DNA from: Microbotryum violaceum
Taxonomy: Eukaryota
NCBI GenBank assembly: GCA_001244265.2
Contig: CDLV01000006.1
Location: forward strand, 682,001-746,000
DNA: 64,000 bases
Direction: 5' to 3'
Below, in pieces: positions 62,038 through 64,000 of the stretch. Positions within the stretch are counted from its first letter, which is position 1; each line of letters starts with the position of its first letter. Made by a program: the position numbers and the translations under genes. The notes under the pieces were generated by a model. That model was not told where the DNA came from and made no database searches. It was given only the letters and a program-made list of their open reading frames with translations.

Positions 62038-64000
62038 ATGGCGGTGAGTTTTTTCCCTCGAGACCAGGACAAAGCAACATCCCGTCGGTTCGAGTGACGG
62101 AACGCGCTAGTCACCCCACCCCCTCCCATCGCCCGAGAAGTCCAACACTGACATGTCCCTTTCCTCCAACACCCAGGATCTCTCGAGCAAGATCGCGTCG
62201 TTGCACTCGCGCATCTCCAAGGAGCACAAGATCCTTGAAGGCTTCCAGGCGATGCGCTCCGCGACCTCGAACCAGGACGTGATCCGCACCTGCGACGCCA
62301 AGATCCGCGAGGCGCAAAAGACGATCGGCTGGTTCGAGCAGAGCTTGCACGAGTTGCAACAGCGCGCTGGAGCGGGCGCAGTAGCGGGCGCAGCGGGCGC
62401 AGCAGCCGCGGGACAAGGCGTTGGTGGGGTAGGAGGAGCCCACAGTCCCGTCCAACAGCAGCAACACAACTCACAACGCGGCGCATCGTCCATGGGTCGC
62501 GCGGCTGGATACGGCAATCGACCGGGGGCGAACCAACCCTACACCGGTGGAGCACCAGGGGGCAGGGATCTTCCCGCACCTCCACCCGGCGCGATGCCGA
62601 CTTACCTCCAGCACCAGTACGGCCAAGGCTCGATTGGAGGTACCTCGGGCCGCGGCGACGATGCTCGCTCCGAGGGTGTCATCATGGGCGAAGGAACCGC
62701 CGTGGCCAAGGTTCACTACTCCAGTCTGGGTCAGTTTCCGGTCTGGGCCACTGAACCCGGGCTGCTCTTCGGAAGCACTGCGCTGATCGTGTGACCACGC
62801 GCGCAGACCTAATCAAGGCCGATACCCCGCTTAACACCGCCAAGATCTCGCGCATGCTGCACCAACTCGAATTCAAGCTGCACGTCGAACGCCAGTACAA
62901 AGAAGGCATCGACAAGATGGCCAAGCTGTACCTCATGGACGGCGATAAGAAGGCGCGCGCCGACACGGAGAACAAGCGCGTCGAGTCGAGGCAGAAGATG
63001 GTCCTGCTCAGTCAGGCGCTCAAGAGGTACAAGACCTTGGACGTGATGGGCGAACTCGGCGAGGATGACGATGGTAAGCAAAGGCTGATCTTTTCGTTCG
63101 AGGTTGCGAACACGTGGCTAACTCTTGCTTCGCCGTCCCCGATCAGGCATCTCGGAAGACGTTAAGAACAACATCCGAAGACCACTCTCGGGTGCCCTGC
63201 AGATCACGATCCGTCAAGCCCGCGACCTTGCTCACGCACCGCAACCCAAAAAATCCAAGCACTCGTCTGAAACGGTCATTTACGTCAAGGTCGAGGACAC
63301 GCCGCGCGCGCGCACGCATCCTTCCAAGACTGATCGATGGAACGAGGACTTTGAAATTCACGTCGACAAGGCCAACGAGGTCGAGGTGACCATCTACGAT
63401 CGGATTCCCGGTGCCGAGGCGCCGCAGCCGATCGGGATGCTGTGGTTGCGTTTGAGCGACATCGTCGAAGAGTTGAGGAGGAGGAAGACAGGTGCCGAGG
63501 CAGGCCCGGGCTGGGTAACCGCCGCAAGGGTCAATGCCCATCCTGGAAGTGGCGGACATTTGGGTGCTGCGGGGATGGACCAACCCGTTGTAGGCGAAGG
63601 GTCGGCCGCAAACAGGGCGCTAAGTTATCGAGGCGCAGGGGGTGAATTTGGGCAAGCCGGTGGGGCCAGCGAGGGCATCGATGCTTGGTTCGCTGTCGAG
63701 CCCGAAGGTGCTATCATGCTCCATCTCAATTTTGGTCAGTTCTAAACCGGCAGCTTGTGGACGTGTACCTTCCGACGCTGACGCGATCGCTGACAACTGC
63801 CTCACATCTCCACTTTGCTTTGCACAGTCAAATCAAACGTGCGTAAGCGCCCCTACGACGCCGGCGGGCTCGGTCGACAAGGCGCTGTGCGCAAGCGCAA
63901 GGAAGAAGTCCACGAACAGAACGGCCATCAATTCGTACAAAAGCAATTCTACGCCGTCGTGCTCTGCGCGCTCTGCGGTGAATTCTTGCTCAAGGGTGCG
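62038..64000 (+). CDS. PKC1: Protein kinase C (HR1a, HR1b, C2, start of C1); 3' part lies outside the window
   Basis: Exon 1 is [80 protein letters not shown]. Confidence 0.96.

Overview
Intron-rich, GC-rich eukaryotic DNA. Gene content, GTRAGT/CTRAC/YAG introns and H3 residues suggest a basidiomycete yeast; a Microbotryomycetes-like placement is inference only. Host genes: translin (3' end), two Rds1/ferritin-like secreted proteins, UreG, a truncated PLP-decarboxylase relic, a Cys-rich secreted protein, V-ATPase c' (VMA11), a ribosomal-L1-domain protein (Utp30/Cic1 family), an RRNAD1/METTL25B-like methyltransferase, a Zn2Cys6 factor, EAF7, divergent histones H3/H4, an aldehyde dehydrogenase, a TPT-family transporter and PKC1 (5' part). 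Invisible to the ORF track is a U3 snoRNA gene split by two spliceosomal introns (about 36190-36790). Mobile DNA: a decayed Ty3/gypsy element lacking its YxDD motif; a foldback element; a nested cluster in which an endonuclease-less Penelope-like (Coprina-type) retroelement with an intact RT sits inside an old L1-like LINE with no telomeric repeats nearby; a long inverted repeat around a poly(T) tract; and two near-identical young LINE copies in tail-to-tail orientation. All calls come from reading the sequence by eye, without database searches.
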